DNA of 64,000 bases from the human T2T-CHM13v2.0 reference genome, Homo sapiens, in assembly GCF_009914755.1 (NCBI RefSeq), contig NC_060926.1; one strand, written 5' to 3'. Positions within the stretch are counted from its first letter, which is position 1. The number at the start of each line of letters is the position of its first letter. Positions 13,541 through 28,046 of the stretch are shown piece after piece. Below the pieces are notes generated by a model, which made no database searches, was not told the origin of the DNA, and saw only the letters and a list, made by a program, of their open reading frames with translations. The translations under genes were made by a program, and so were the position numbers.

Positions 13541-14959
13541 GTGGCACAGAATAAGATGGTTAACAGTGGAGATTAGGGTGAATAAAAAGATTTGGAATAT
13601 ATTTTGAAGACATAGTTGAATAATTGTAAGTGAGGTATGAAAGAAAGAAGAGTTAAAATGCCTCCAAAAATTTGACCTGAACAACCAGATAAATGGCAAT
13701 ATCATTTAATGGGAGATGAAGGGGTTTGGAAAATGGTGGTTGATCAAGTTCTGCCCTGGACCTGTTAAATTTATGATGTTTATTAAATATTCAAGCTGAC
13801 CTTTTGAGTAGACAGATTTACAAGTCTGGAAGTAAGGGAAGATGTCAAGACTTGAGATATAAATTTAGGAGTTACCAGCATACAGATGATATTTAAAATC
13901 ATGCCATTATTTGAGATCACTTGGAAAATGAAAAAAAAAGAAATCTTAAGATTGAATTCTGGGGGACTCCAGGATTTAATAGCAGGAGCATAAAAAGAAA
14001 CTAACAAGCAGTAGCCAGAGAGGTAAGAGAAAAAACAGAGTGTGGTATTCCAAAATCAAAGTGAAGACATGGTTTTGAGAAAAAAGAAGTGTTGTTGAGA
14101 GTTGAGTAAGTTAAGGAAAGAGAATTGACTCTTGATGATAGCAAGATGGAATGGAGGTGGTGGAGGACAGAATGGGAAGTGAAGATGTGGAGAAAAAAAG
14201 CATAGACAAGCCTTTCTAGGAGAGTTGCTTTTAAGGAAGCCACAGACATGGAACATAAACTAGAATTGGTGTAGGGGCAAGGAGAGTTTCTAACAGGAGA
14301 GATCCTTGTATGGAAGCAGGGGCTGCTCACCCTGGGGCAGAAAGTAGGCTCCTGCAGATTGGTTGGTGGATCTGGTGGTGATAAGATGAGGCAGTTCTCT
14401 TTGTATTGCTTCTGTTTTCTCACTCAAATAAGAGGTGATATCATCAGTGGAGAGTAGGCAGAGGGTTAGGGGTAGAGGTTTGCCAAGGGGAGGAGATGAG
14501 GACAAGTTGACTCAGAGTAGGAGAGCAATTGATGAGGGAAATGAAATAGAGTGAATGGGGCCCATTTGAAATGTGTGGACATCAATTTAGAGCAAGATCA
14601 GTCTGCAGGATAGTGTAAAAACTCGGAGAAAGCCAAATGTCAGATTTACCCAGGGCTGAGGGTTTGCCAGATAAGTGAATGGGGTGAGGGGGACATAGCA
14701 AGAGAATTACCAGTGTGAGCAAGGAACTATTATATTTACAGTGTTATTGACAGTTCATGGAACCATGTAAGATAAGGAGGGAAGTGAGCCCATGAGGGGA
14801 GATGGGAGGATGAAAAGCAGAAAAGTGGTGGAGTCAGTGGATCTTGATATGGTCAGAGAATTGTGCTAGTGGGTTTTTTGAGGTAGGTCAGAGGTAAGTT
14901 TTTGGAAGAAAATTAACTTTTGTGATGATAAATTTTGTTTGATTTAGGATATTCTAGGA

Positions 14960-15178
14960 CAAGGGTCAGAAAACCACAGCCTGCAAACCAAATCTTGACC
15001 TCCTTCTGTTTTCGTAAATAAAATTTTATTGGAATATAGAGCCATGCTCATTAATTAATGTATTGTCTATGCATTCTTTAGTGATACAAAGACAGAGTTG
15101 AATATCTCCCACTGTATGGGCAGCAAAGTCAAAAAAATTTGCTCTCTGGCCCTTTGCAGAAAATGTTTGCTGACCCAA
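14960..15178. mobile_element. MER58A hAT-Charlie MITE
   Basis: CAAGGGTCAG...GTAAATAAAATTTTATTGGAA...TGGCCCTTTGCAGAAAATGTTTGCTGACCC with terminal inverted repeats. Confidence 0.85.
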
Positions 15179-15380
15179 TGGCCCTTCCCACACAAATCCC
15201 TATAAATTAAATCAGCCCCCAGCCTTCCTCACCACCCCCATCATACCAGGGGTTTTGGTGTGTCTACTTTGCAGGTGCCTCAAGCATGTGTTTTATCTGC
15301 CTGTTGGAGTAATCCATCCAGGTGTTCTGCTAACATCAGCAGGCAAGCCCTCTGCCCCCTCTGATGTAGAACACAGCACT

Positions 15381-15487
15381 GACTGTAATCCCAGCTACTT
15401 TGGGAGGATTGCTTGAGACCAGGAGTTCAAGACCAGCCTGGAAAACAAAGCAAGACCCTGTAACTAAAAATAAAAAATAAAAAGAAG
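15381..15487 (+). mobile_element. Alu monomer (FLAM-like), 5'-truncated
   Basis: TGTAATCCCAGC...GGAGGATTGCTTGAG...AGTTCAAGACCAGCCTGG followed by an A-rich tail. Confidence 0.85.
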
Positions 15488-15510
15488 ATAGAACAAAAGC
15501 ACAGCTTTGT

Positions 15511-16020
15511 CAGTGCCAGGATAAGGATGAGGTAGGAGAAACACTTGCCTTGGGCCTAAAATTTGAGGGAGTGCCCCCAAAATTCAGTAATTAAGACAAA
15601 AATTATTTTAATGCAATTTTTTTTGAAAAACAAAATCAATGGAAAAAAATCCAGGATAAACAAAATATCAGAATTTAAAAATAAAGACAGGATCCAACAA
15701 GGGCCATGCCAAGCCTTATTTTTTAATGATTGATATTTTTCCGGAAGTAAATTTTAGAGATACTATTGATGTTTTTGCTTCCATCAGAGGTAGGAAAGTC
15801 AAATTATAATAAATAGATTCTTTTATGGAATACAAATAAAATATTTAAATTTGCAATAATGTTGTAAGTTGTAATATATTTGCCAATCAATTTTTCAATA
15901 TTTTTCAACTTCTTTAGTATTCTAAAATATAATATCATTAAAAGACAGATGAGAACATGTTGATAGGGGTGCACATTGTTTCTTTAGCTCCAGGCACCCA
16001 TAAGTCTCTGCATGGTGCTG
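15511..16020 (+). mobile_element. hAT-Tip100 DNA transposon remnant (Zaphod/MER115/Arthur group) retaining the transposase C-terminus
   Basis: CAGTGCC...AAAATTTGAGGGAGTGCC...CAGTAATTAAGA end. 15747-15809 reads VNFRDTIDVFASIRGRKVKL*. Confidence 0.65.
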
Positions 16021-16848
16021 GCTTTGGTATATGGGGATTAATGTAACTCAGCTGCAGCAGGGGTGACAGAGATGGAGGGGACAGGTCCAAAGGCCCCAGA
16101 AGCCATGGCTGCGGCTCTTTAAAGCCCTTCTTAGGCCAAGGGGGCTCCAGCCACAGAAAGCAGTGAGTGAAATCAGATGAGGAAAAGAAGAAACAGGTAG
16201 AAATTAGAGTCACAGAAAGGACAGGCAAGAAACCTGCAGGGCTGGGTGAGTGCTTTTCAGGAGGCTCATGATCCAGTGTTGGGAAGTGAGAACAAAAGCC
16301 AGCAAAACAGGTTTCACGTCACTAAGCAATTTGCTGTGGTAAGACAGCAATTAGAACAGCCCACACACACCCAGCCTGGGTCTGATTTCCTGTCAAGGGT
16401 AGGTGGTGTGCTTCCTTCAAACCAGTCATTTTCTTCTCTAATGCCCTGCTCTGCAGGTGGAAAAAGATCAGGATGGCTTAAGTTTCAGGAGCTTTTCTCC
16501 CTACCCTTTCTCCAACACTTTCCCTTCCTACAAATTCCCACCACTCCAGGATTTCTTCTCTCCTTTCATTGTAACCCTTCTCTGTTCTCCATATCTGCAC
16601 CCTTTCTTCTGTCTGTGGGAAAAATGGCAATAGAGTGGGGGCCAATGTATGACTTTAACTAACGTACCAATAAATTGGATCCTTACATTTAATTCTTTAA
16701 CAGATTTTCCATCCTCTAAGCTTTGAAAAGCATTTGGAAATGGGAAGTGGAGGTCATTGTAGAAATTTAAGAATAAGACTCTTATTTACAAAAACTGCTT
16801 TAAAGGAAGGAAGATGATACGTGTTTACCAGCTTTGGGCATTGACTAC

Positions 16849-17206
16849 TGATACAGTTTGGCTGTGTCCCCACCCAAATCTCATCTTGAATTGTAGCGCC
16901 CCCAATTCCCACGTGTAATGGGAGGGACCTGGTGGGAGGTAATTGAATCATGGGGGTGAGTCTTTCCCATGTTGTTTTCATGATAGTGAATAAGTCTCAA
17001 GAAATTTGATGGTTTTATAAAGGGGAGTTTCCCTGCACAAGCTCTCTTCTCTTGTCCGCTGCCATGTGAGATGTGACTTTCACCTTCTTCCATGATTGTG
17101 AGGCCTCCCCAGCCACATGAACTGTGAGTCCATTAAACTTCTTTCTTTTGTAAATTGCCCAGTCTCGGGTATGTCTTTATCAGCAGCATGAAAACAGACT
17201 AATACA
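16849..17206 (+). mobile_element. THE1B/C MaLR solo LTR
   Basis: TGATACAGTTTGGCTGTGTCCCCACCCAAATCTC...GACTAATACA. Perfect TSD ACTAC. Confidence 0.95.
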
Positions 17207-17615
17207 ACTACTACACCCTCAGTACATCAACATTTCATTCCTGTACAAATATAATCCAAGAATTCTCTGAGAATTTCCTTGCAGTCATCAAGGGAGGAAG
17301 CCCTAGAAGGAGAGATGAAACCTCTTGATACTCAGCAGAATGGTGAGATTAGACTTTGCCACCATAAATATTAGATACTTTCCAAACACGCTATTTGAAA
17401 TGGGAACTGATAACATACATTCGAAAGAGGTTACATATTTGCCCAACAAATATTAAATATCTATAAAAATTCACAGTATTTGTCCAAGAGAGTAACATAT
17501 TGAAGCTCTATGAAAGAGTCAGTTGTTTTTTCCAGGGCATCCAATGATGAAGGTCTCTATAAGAGTGAAAGTGTGTGTCCAGAGGAATAAAACATTAAGG
17601 CGCTCAGTTGGTTGA

Positions 17616-17924
<309 letters not shown>

Positions 17925-17999
17925 TAATTAACGACTGGCATGGGAAAATTGTTGGGTTATTTTGGGGGATTTTTTTGGCTTTGTTTGTTGTTGTTGTTT

Positions 18000-18470
18000 T
18001 GTTGGCAAATTGAAATGTAAGGTCATGCCCCACATGTACCACATTTAAGTGTGTAACTCTAACTCATTTACCAAGAAACCTGTAAGTCCAGATGTGAATT
18101 AGGTTGAAAGCAAGAGAAGACTCTGCAATTAATCCAATTAGTGAAAGCTGTCCAGCCACTTGGATATAATCTGGAAGATTTAGTGATGCATACTGTGTTT
18201 GTGGCAGATAAGGACACTGTATGGAATCTCTGGCTAACCCTAGTAGTAGTACAAACCTCTAAGGTTTTAAAGCAAAGCCATGTGATCCTCTTCAAATAAT
18301 CCTTTGAGAAACAGCTTCTGGCTTACTGCTGAGCTCTAGTTGAGACTGAATGCCTGACCACAGAACCCAATGTCATTCAGTCACTGCTGCTCATTAGTAG
18401 CTGGATATTATCTGAAGCCCAGGTTATAGCAGTGGACATCCAGAGCAGCATACCATAAATGAGTAGAAAG
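18000..18470 (+). pseudogene. ERVL pol fragment (RT-connection/RNase H)
   Basis: Translates to PLGYNLEDLVMHTVFVADKDTVWNLW and SFEKQLLAYC*ALVETECLT, resembling ERVL ...VSVADRDAVWSLW...FEKQLLACYWALVETE. Confidence 0.75.
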
Positions 18471-18499
18471 CTGGATGAACAGCTGGCTCAGTCTCCAGC

Positions 18500-20199
<1,700 letters not shown>

Positions 20200-20378
20200 T
20201 GTATCAGTCAGGGTTTAGGCAGGAAAAGAAAACCATCTTAGGTATTTTAAGCACAAAGGAATTTAATACCATGGATATTATTTTAAAGTGTAAAAAAAGA
20301 CTAGAGAAACAAAATGGAAAGAAGGAAAGAGAAGTACCACCACCCAGAGATCAAGTGCTGCAAGAAGCCACTGCCACC

Positions 20379-21265
20379 TGTGTTGGTTTTCTAAGGCTGC
20401 CATAACAAAGCTCTACAGACTGGGTGGCTTAAACAATAGAAATTTATTTTCTCACAGTCCTGATAGCCAGAAGTCTGAGATCAACGGTTGGTTTCTCCTA
20501 AGGTCGGTCTCCTTGACTTGTAGATGGTCTTTGTATCAGTCTGAGTTCTCCAGGGAAACAGAACCAATGGGATGGATGAAAAGTTTAATAGAGAGAGAAA
20601 AACAGAGATTACAAAGAATAGGCTCATGTGGCTGTGGAGGCTGAGAAGCCCTAAGATCTTCAGTCAGCAAGCTAGAGACCCAGAAAAGCAGACGGTCTTG
20701 TTCCAGTCCAAGTCCAAAGGTCCGAGAACTTATGCAACTGTGTTAGTTCCAGCCCACGTCTATGTCTGAAGGCAGGAGAAGACTGATGTCCCGGCTCAAA
20801 GACAGTCAAGCCAAGAGTGGATTCTCCTTTACTCCACCTTTTGCTCTACTCAGGCCTTCAGTGGATTGCATAAGGCCACCTACACTGGGCAGGGAAATCT
20901 GCTTTACTCAGTCTACTGATTCAAATGTTAATTTCATCCAGAAACACCTTTGCAGACACACCTAGAATAATATTTAACCAAATATCTGGGCACCCCATGA
21001 TCCAGTCAAGGTGACACATGAAATTAACCATCAGAGCCATCTTTTCCTTGTATCTTCTCTTGGTCTTCCTTCTGTATACATCTGTGTCCAAATTTTCTCT
21101 TCTTATAAAGACATCAGTCATACTGAGGTAGGGCCCACTCTAGTGACCTCGTTTTAACTTAATCACCTCTTTAAAGACTCTGTCTCCAAATACAGTCACA
21201 TTCTGACATAGCAGGGGTTACACCTCAATATGTGAACTTTGGGGGACACAATTTAGTCTATAACC
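20379..21265 (-). mobile_element. MLT1A/B LTR interrupted by MLT2B
   Basis: GGCTGCCATAACAAA...AGACTGGGTGGCTTAAACAA on the left; ...TCTCCAAATACAGTCACATTCTGA on the right. Confidence 0.85.
20532..21035 (-). mobile_element. MLT2B-type ERVL LTR
   Basis: TGTATCAGTCTGAGTTCTCCAG...AACAGAACCAAT...GACACATGAAATTAACCATCA. Confidence 0.88.
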
Positions 21266-21769
21266 CCTGAAGGAGGCCACAGAAATCTGCTTCACAACTC
21301 ACTCTTTCTTACAGGAGACTGTGCTGGTCTGAGTTCCATCTCCACAGGAGTCTGCACAGCCATTCAAAGGCCCCTGGAATCCACACTCACTAGAGTCCAG
21401 GCTTCTCTCTCTCTCCATGCTGCTGTGCTCTCTCTACAGGAAACTATTACCTCTATTAATGCCACCAAGGTGCATGGGAGCCAACAGTCAGTGCTATCAT
21501 AAGTGAGATCACAGCCCATGGCATTCTGGAGCCACCTCCATGGCCACCACGAGTGACTCTGCTGGAGACGCCATCACTGCCAAAAATGGGGTAGCTTCTT
21601 TCTCCTTGCTTGTAATCTTGCATGAGTGTCTCCCTTGGCGGAATGTTGCTGCAAGTCTACTGGCAACAGAATCTGACTTGCAGCCCCTGCAACACAGGAG
21701 AGAACATAGAAGGGCAGCCATGCATCTGAGCACCAACAGGGAGTGTCTGGCACAGAAGCTTTCCCAAAA

Positions 21770-22400
21770 ACATTACATTTGAGCAGAAACCTGAAGAACA
21801 AAGGAGCAAGCTGAGCAAGGCACAAAACTAGAGCATTGCCAGCAGAGGGGCTAGCAGTTGCAAACCACTGAGGTGGAATCAGCCTTATTAGTTTAAGAAA
21901 TCCAGAAGACTCAAACTAGTGTACCTGGAATGGAATGGATGAGGAATAGTAGTAAGAGATTAAATCAGAGAGATAGTTGGGGGACCAGACCACGAAAGAC
22001 CTTGTAACTTGAGTGACAATATAACTTGCCATACAAACCAAAACATTTTGAGAAAGAGAATGAAGGAGGTGGTACTACTAATACTTATACTGGGACAACA
22101 GGCATAAAACAAATTATCCCAGACCAGTCAAGACATAACCACTCTACTTATAAGCCATTGTAAGGATTTCTTTTCTTTTAAGCTGAGTGACAAGGGAAGA
22201 CATTGGAGGTTTTAACAACAGTGATGTGATCTGACTTACATTTTTAAAGAACCACTATGGGTTTTATGCTAAGAATGGGCTGTAAAGGGGCCAAGGGTCA
22301 GAGCAGTTAGAAGCTTACTGCAATCATCAAGGTAAATGGTCGTGGTGGCTGGAAGCGGGTGATAGCTGAGGAGGTGGTTAGCAGAGGGATTTGTTGATGA
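21770..22400 (-). mobile_element. L2 fragment containing a MER94 insertion
   Basis: Antisense L2 motifs (GCCATTGTAAGGATTT...GTGATGTGATCTGACTTACATTTTTAAA). Confidence 0.75.
22009..22146. mobile_element. MER94-like hAT-Blackjack MITE
   Basis: TTGAGTGACAATATAA...CTGGGACAACAGGCATAAA...ACCACTCTA. 8-bp TSD CTTGTAAC/CTTATAAG. Confidence 0.75.
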
Positions 22401-22464
22401 ATAAGATACAGGGTACAGGAGGAGCAATTCTTAACACAAAAGCTAGAGTGGCCTGGGTCCATGA

Positions 22465-23040
22465 ACCTCTTCTCTTCTCTCTCTACACTCATACCCATAG
22501 AGATATCACCCAATTTCATGGATTTCAATGCCATACATTTCTGTATATTTACCTCTGCTCATGATATCCAACTCGTATATAGTATCTCTAAGACTTGTAG
22601 ATCCAACTGTCTTCCCAAATGTTTTACTCAAATAACTATATCAAAGTTATTCTACTTCAGACTGAACTTGTTTCTCTTCTACTTTTTCAAAAGATTCCCT
22701 CCTCTGATATTCCTCCATAACAGTAAATTGATAGTCTTTCAATCAATTGCTCAGGCCAAAAAAAGTCTTGACATAATCTTTGACTTCTCTCTTTTTCTCA
22801 CATATAACACCCAACCCATCAGCAATAATATTAGCTCTACCTTAAAACATAATCTAAACCTAACCACTTTTTATGCTCTCCATCACTACCACCCTTGTAC
22901 TTGCCACCACCCTGCCTCAACTACCACAGCCCTAGCTCTCTGGCTGATTTCCTTAGTTTTACATTTGAGCCCTGGTTTTCTATTGTCCACATGACAAGGA
23001 AAGGCATTCTTTCAAAACAAAAGTCGGGTCATGTCTGGTA
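22465..23040 (+). mobile_element. L2 fragment
   Basis: Pyrimidine-rich sense L2 (TGCTCAGGCCAAAA...CTTTGACTTCTCTCTTTTTCTCAC). Confidence 0.7.
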
Positions 23041-25367
23041 TCTTTCCACTCCCCCTCCTTACTGTATAGAACATATTGCCTTCTCCATCACTCACCATTG
23101 ACATCTGGCTAAAGCAAGGAACAAAAAAACAAGGCTTCTAAACTCTTCAAAATTATCAAAGCATAAGCCTTGGCCTTCAGGAGGTTTGCAGAACTCCTTG
23201 GGCCCCAGATTTGATTATCAGACTTTTAAACAGAAATTTCTTAGCCTTTCATCTTCTTAGCCTTTGAACCCCACACCTCCCTTGCACCAGTTTCTCAACA
23301 GACCCCTGAATTGGTCATAATTCTCAAACTTTATGGCATGAAATATGATAAGATATACAAATATGTGATTATAGTCAGTTCTCCATAAATACTTTCTTGT
23401 TTCCTTCCCTACTCCCTTCCCCTAATATTTATTTACTTTTTCTTTCTTCTTATTTTATTCCCCATTTCTTCAGAGTCAACTTTGTGTACATTCACACAAA
23501 GGAGACCTTGTCCAAATAAAGTGAAAATTGAAGTACATGCCCAAGTTGTTTAGAGACTCTCAAACCTTACTTTTAATGATGTGAATGGAGACTCTCAGGT
23601 TAAAGCAGCAAACTGTGCTATTTGAGGCCAGCTTGATTCTTTGGCTTCTCTTGAGTTGAGGAGACCTAGTTGGTATTCCCCTACCTGTCCAGCCTAAGTT
23701 AATATAAGGTGACCAATTTCTTCTGTTGCTAAAAGAAATGAGATCTCTAAAATCGGTGGCTCAGAGAGGGGAATTCAGTGTGGAGCTGATTTCATTAGAT
23801 AAGATACTTAAATTTCAGTGCCTGCAGAGAAACTCTATTTTGTTGAAATAGAAATGTATTTGGCTCACACCATATATTTATTTCTGTAATATGGCTTAGT
23901 ACAGTGGAGAAGAGAAAAAAATACTATATGTGGACCTTTTAAAAGAAATCTATTCTTAAAATGTGCTCCTCATTTTATGATAGGAAACTGGGGAGCAGTA
24001 GGTAAACTTTGGTAAGGGAATGAAGACCTGAAGATATTAGGTTCCTGGAGACCTTTGTATCTAGAAAATATGATTGTAACTACAACCAGAAAGTTGCAAG
24101 CAGACATGGTTGCTGGGGTGATTTGCATCCTAGTTTTATCAAGGTGGAATCCTGATTACACCTATAAAATGTTATAAGGGAAATGAGAGATTAAACAGAT
24201 CATCTACCCTTTAATAGCAGTTTTCTTCTTTTATAATCTATTCCTACATGTTATTCATTCCCTGATTTAAAAATATAGTACTTTTTTGTTTGGGGTTTTC
24301 AAAAACACAGTTTTCTGTTTTGTTCAGGCTCAGATTGTGTAGCCTTGGGGTCCCTGTTATAGGAAAGGCTGAGACTGCCAAACCATAATCAATGTTTCTA
24401 AAGCCTGGCACCATTTCTTCCCTGCAGGCACAGCTCAGGAACGTGATGAATCTCCAAGAAAGATGAATGACTGCTCAGTTTTCTCAGGGCTTGACTGCAC
24501 TCCCACTAGAATAAGTCTGTAGTGTAGAACAGTGACACATAGTTCCTATCAAAACTAATGACCTGAAGAGCTTTATTCAGCAACAACTCATCTGACTCAA
24601 ACAAATGAGCTGGACCAAGAGAGCAAAAATCACTGTGCATATGTGGGTGACTCAATAATTGAGCACCCATGGGGTTTTTCCATGGTCCTTGAACTAATAT
24701 TTTCTAACTAAGCTCTCTTTCTAAACACTGTGTAAGTACAAACTAATCAGACAGCTTATTTTCCACTTTGGTAATTAACAACAGCAGGGGACACAGAGAG
24801 CTACCAGAGATACTAAAAGGAACCAGTCTTCAATCACGGGGAACTTGACTTTGTTTTCCTGTACTTAGAGGCTGATTTGGAGAAATGTAAAGTCCACACT
24901 TTCTATACTATCACAACATGTATCTATATTTTTGGTATATGTAATGAATAATTCTGCAACATTTAAAAAATCAGCATGTTAACTCTAAGGCACACCTTAC
25001 TACACAGTCTGTGAGAATAACAAAAAAGCTAAGCATGCCCCTGAGACCCCAAAGTTGGGGAGCAGCTGTGGTCCCATACCAGTCACTGACATGGTCAACA
25101 CAGGATCACAAAACATCAAAAAGGGAGTATGAATTCGCCTTGGGGCCACCAAGTTTTAGAGAGAAAATGAGTAACTCAAGGACATTTTCCTGGGGGGTCA
25201 CACCAATATTTGGGAGGGAAATAGGAAGAGAAGTGGAGACTGAGAATTAATAGTCCAAGAAGTAGAAGGCAAACCAAGAGAGAGAAAAATGGGACACCAA
25301 AATAGAAGAAGGGGTTAAGGAGGAGTGATCAGGTGAGGGAACATGGTTTTCCAGACGAAGTGGTTCT

Positions 25368-25555
25368 CTAGCCCCACTTGAACTTTGAGATGGTTGTAGT
25401 TCCAACTGGCAGCTTTATTGCAAGCTTGTGAGAAACCCTGAGCCAGCACCACCCAGCTGAGTCTCTCCCAAATTTCTGATCCCCAGAAAATGTTTGTTAT
25501 TGTAAATTGCTAAGTATTAGAGGTAATTAGTTACATAGCAATAGACACCTAATAC
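25368..25555 (+). mobile_element. MLT1E/F LTR 3' fragment
   Basis: CTTGTGAGAAACCCTGAGCCAG...CACCCAGCT...ACATAGCAATAGACACCTAATACA. Confidence 0.75.
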
Positions 25556-27289
25556 AGCAACAGCCATTTCAGTAGAGCAATGGGGTGGAATCCAGGACAC
25601 ATTGGGCTAAATAGTGATTTAGAAAAGAGGAAATTGGAAAAGGAAATGTAGAATTCTTTCATAAATCTTGACTGTGAGGAATTTATGAGTAATGACAAAA
25701 ATAGCAAGGATTTGGCACCGGGGAAAGAGTTTGATTGTTTTTGTTCTTTAATGGGAACCATATTTTTATTTTGAGAGGAAAAAGCCAATAGATAACAGGG
25801 TTTGAAGATAAAGATCCTGTGGGTATCTTGATGCTGATGCCATCACAGTGATGAGGAAGGGGATGGAGTGGTGCAGGTTACTGGAACAGTAGGAGGGGAA
25901 GAAGTGAAACCCTAATGGCTCCAGCATTTATAACTCTATCTCTTGCTGGCTCTAGGTCATTCTGTAAGCAAGCTATCTCTAAGTTGCCTAGTCTTTTCAA
26001 GTTTGAAGAACTCTTAGGTGCTCCTAACTGTCCAACCAGGGGCCTTGGATATCAAACTGTAAGACAGGAATGAACTCACAATATGGACACTTTGGTTATG
26101 TTTTAGGCATTTAATTTCATCTGATCAAAGCTAGAATTTCTTATGGTCTAAGAGCATAAGAGACACGCTGTTCTGGGGTGGTTTGCTACTGAAGGTGGAA
26201 GGACCCTATGGGAACTACAATTAAGTCCTTCAGTAAAAGTTATGGGCCCATGATTCCAATGCCATCAATTCGGATTTTAGGATAATTCCCTCCCAGCCTG
26301 AGCTTTGAATCTTTTCATGCTTTTGCTTAATGTTTTCCTCCACCTGGTATGCTAGGCTCTGCATGGTCAAATTGTAACCAGTTCAGAGCTCACACACTTC
26401 ATTCTTTGTTTCCTAATGCTGCCTGCTGGTTTTGACATCTCTTTTCTCTGATTCCTGTAGTGTTTTCTTTGTGCCTCTTATTTTTTGTGTTGTGCCTTTT
26501 TTTTTAAGTCACTTATCTTCTTATAATAATGCCCCAGTTGCTCTATCAACACCTCTGACTCAGAGGCCAAGTTACATTGACCTCAGTATTCTTAATACTT
26601 GGCATAGCACCTAGCATATAATACTCTGTCTGAGACATCGTATATAAAATGCATTTGATGTAGTACCTGATGGATAGTAGGTTCTCCTTGAACTTCTGCC
26701 TTCCCTTTTGATTGGTTGGAAGGACGAATAACTGTTTGTATAGACGGATTTCTGAGCTGATCAATGGAGAAAGACACTCTGGCAGTTTTGCCTGTCCTTG
26801 AAGCACTCAAGTAAGTAAAATGCTGTATACCTTAGGAATATGTTACTTCATTTTTTCATATCTGTAGGGAACACTTGGGACTAAACAATTGCACTGAAGA
26901 TTATTTTCAATAGTATTAAAAATTATTTTCTGACAGTTAGCTGTCATGATTGAGAACTGGTTTAAGGCACTCTAATTATGAAGATCCAGTATGTCTGCAG
27001 TTTCAGTTCCCGGTTTCAGAGACCCCTGTGGCTGGGCAAGTGTTCATACCATAACACAAAAAAGCTTTGGTTAAATTTCATCCTGTGAAACATGTATATT
27101 CATTATGTTGGTAGCCTTTCACTTTTCTCAGAAACAATTACTTGTGTTTATAATTTTGTTCTTATTCAGACAGATCTCATCTTTTAGCTTTGAAGTAGGG
27201 GAGAAAAGCACAGAGTACCTAGAAGTCCTGAGGTATAAAAGGAAGGGAAGGAAAACCTGTACTAATGAACACAAGCCTACTGTTATGAA

Positions 27290-27502
27290 GTGCCAACTCT
27301 ACCACACACTTGGCGTCTACAATGTCACTTCGACCCTCATCCCAACACCATAAGGCAAATATTGTGATCCTTATTTTACAAATATAAAATCTAATGATGT
27401 TGAGTTATTTGCTCAAAGTTACACAGCTAAAAAGCAGCTCAGTTAGGATTTGAATCTTTGATATCTTACTTCAAAGCTTCAGCCTTTGCCACTATACCAG
27501 AC
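27290..27502 (-). mobile_element. MIR SINE
   Basis: ATTTTACAAAT...TTTGCTCAAAGTTACACAGCTA...AGGATTTGAA. Confidence 0.75.
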
Positions 27503-28046
27503 TGTATTTGTAGCTCATGGATATGAGTAGAACACCTTCCCGGTACTTTTATTAGATTGCAGTATATTTACGGAGCCTTTGAAACTCAGTCTTTTTAAAA
27601 AACTGTCTCATAAATGTAGTTTTCTCATTTACTTTTTATGATGAACTATTTTTAACTTAGAGAAAACTATAGGGAATAACACAAGCTGTGTATCTACATA
27701 CACATCGACAGCTTTAACAAAGTCTGATGATTTACCATTTTTGCTCCCAAAATGCGTCTCAAAAAAAAACAGCTAGATTGAGCCTTTCATCCCATAATAA
27801 TTGTACATTCAGTATTCCTATTCCATGAATTGCCTATTCAAGTTCTTTGCCATTTTGGAATTATCATTTTGTAGGAGTTTTGGACATATGTATTGCAAAT
27901 AGGTCCTTTCAGACTATGGCTTACATTTACCTTCTCTACAGTATTCTTTTTTCAACAGAAGCTTTATTTCTTTAAAGATAGTGTTATCAATGATATCCTT
28001 TCTTGTCAATTCTTAGTGATTCTTGAAAGAAATTCTTGCATATCTC

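Larger units (their letters stand above)
12350..14900 (-). mobile_element. L2 LINE, interrupted by two MLT1 LTRs and a (TG)n tract
   Basis: Purine-rich antisense L2 motifs (GGAGTTTGAATTTTATTCT; GATATAAATTTAGGAGTTACCAGCATACAGATGATATTTAAA) on both sides of the LTRs. Confidence 0.75.
20200..21754 (-). mobile_element. Old ERVL LTR (5' LTR of the adjacent provirus), split by MLT1B and MLT2B
   Basis: Starts TGTATCAGTCAGGGTT...AAACCATCTTAGGTATTT and ends ...CATAGAAGGG...CTGGCACA, typical of the LTR33/41/67-type group. Confidence 0.6.

Noticed and set aside
22461-22994. 177-aa ORF
   Set aside because: Lies in a decayed pyrimidine-rich L2; no recognisable domain.
21770-23040. Opposed L2 fragments as an L2-derived miRNA hairpin
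   Set aside because: Arranged head-to-head rather than tail-to-tail, and too diverged to give a compact stem.
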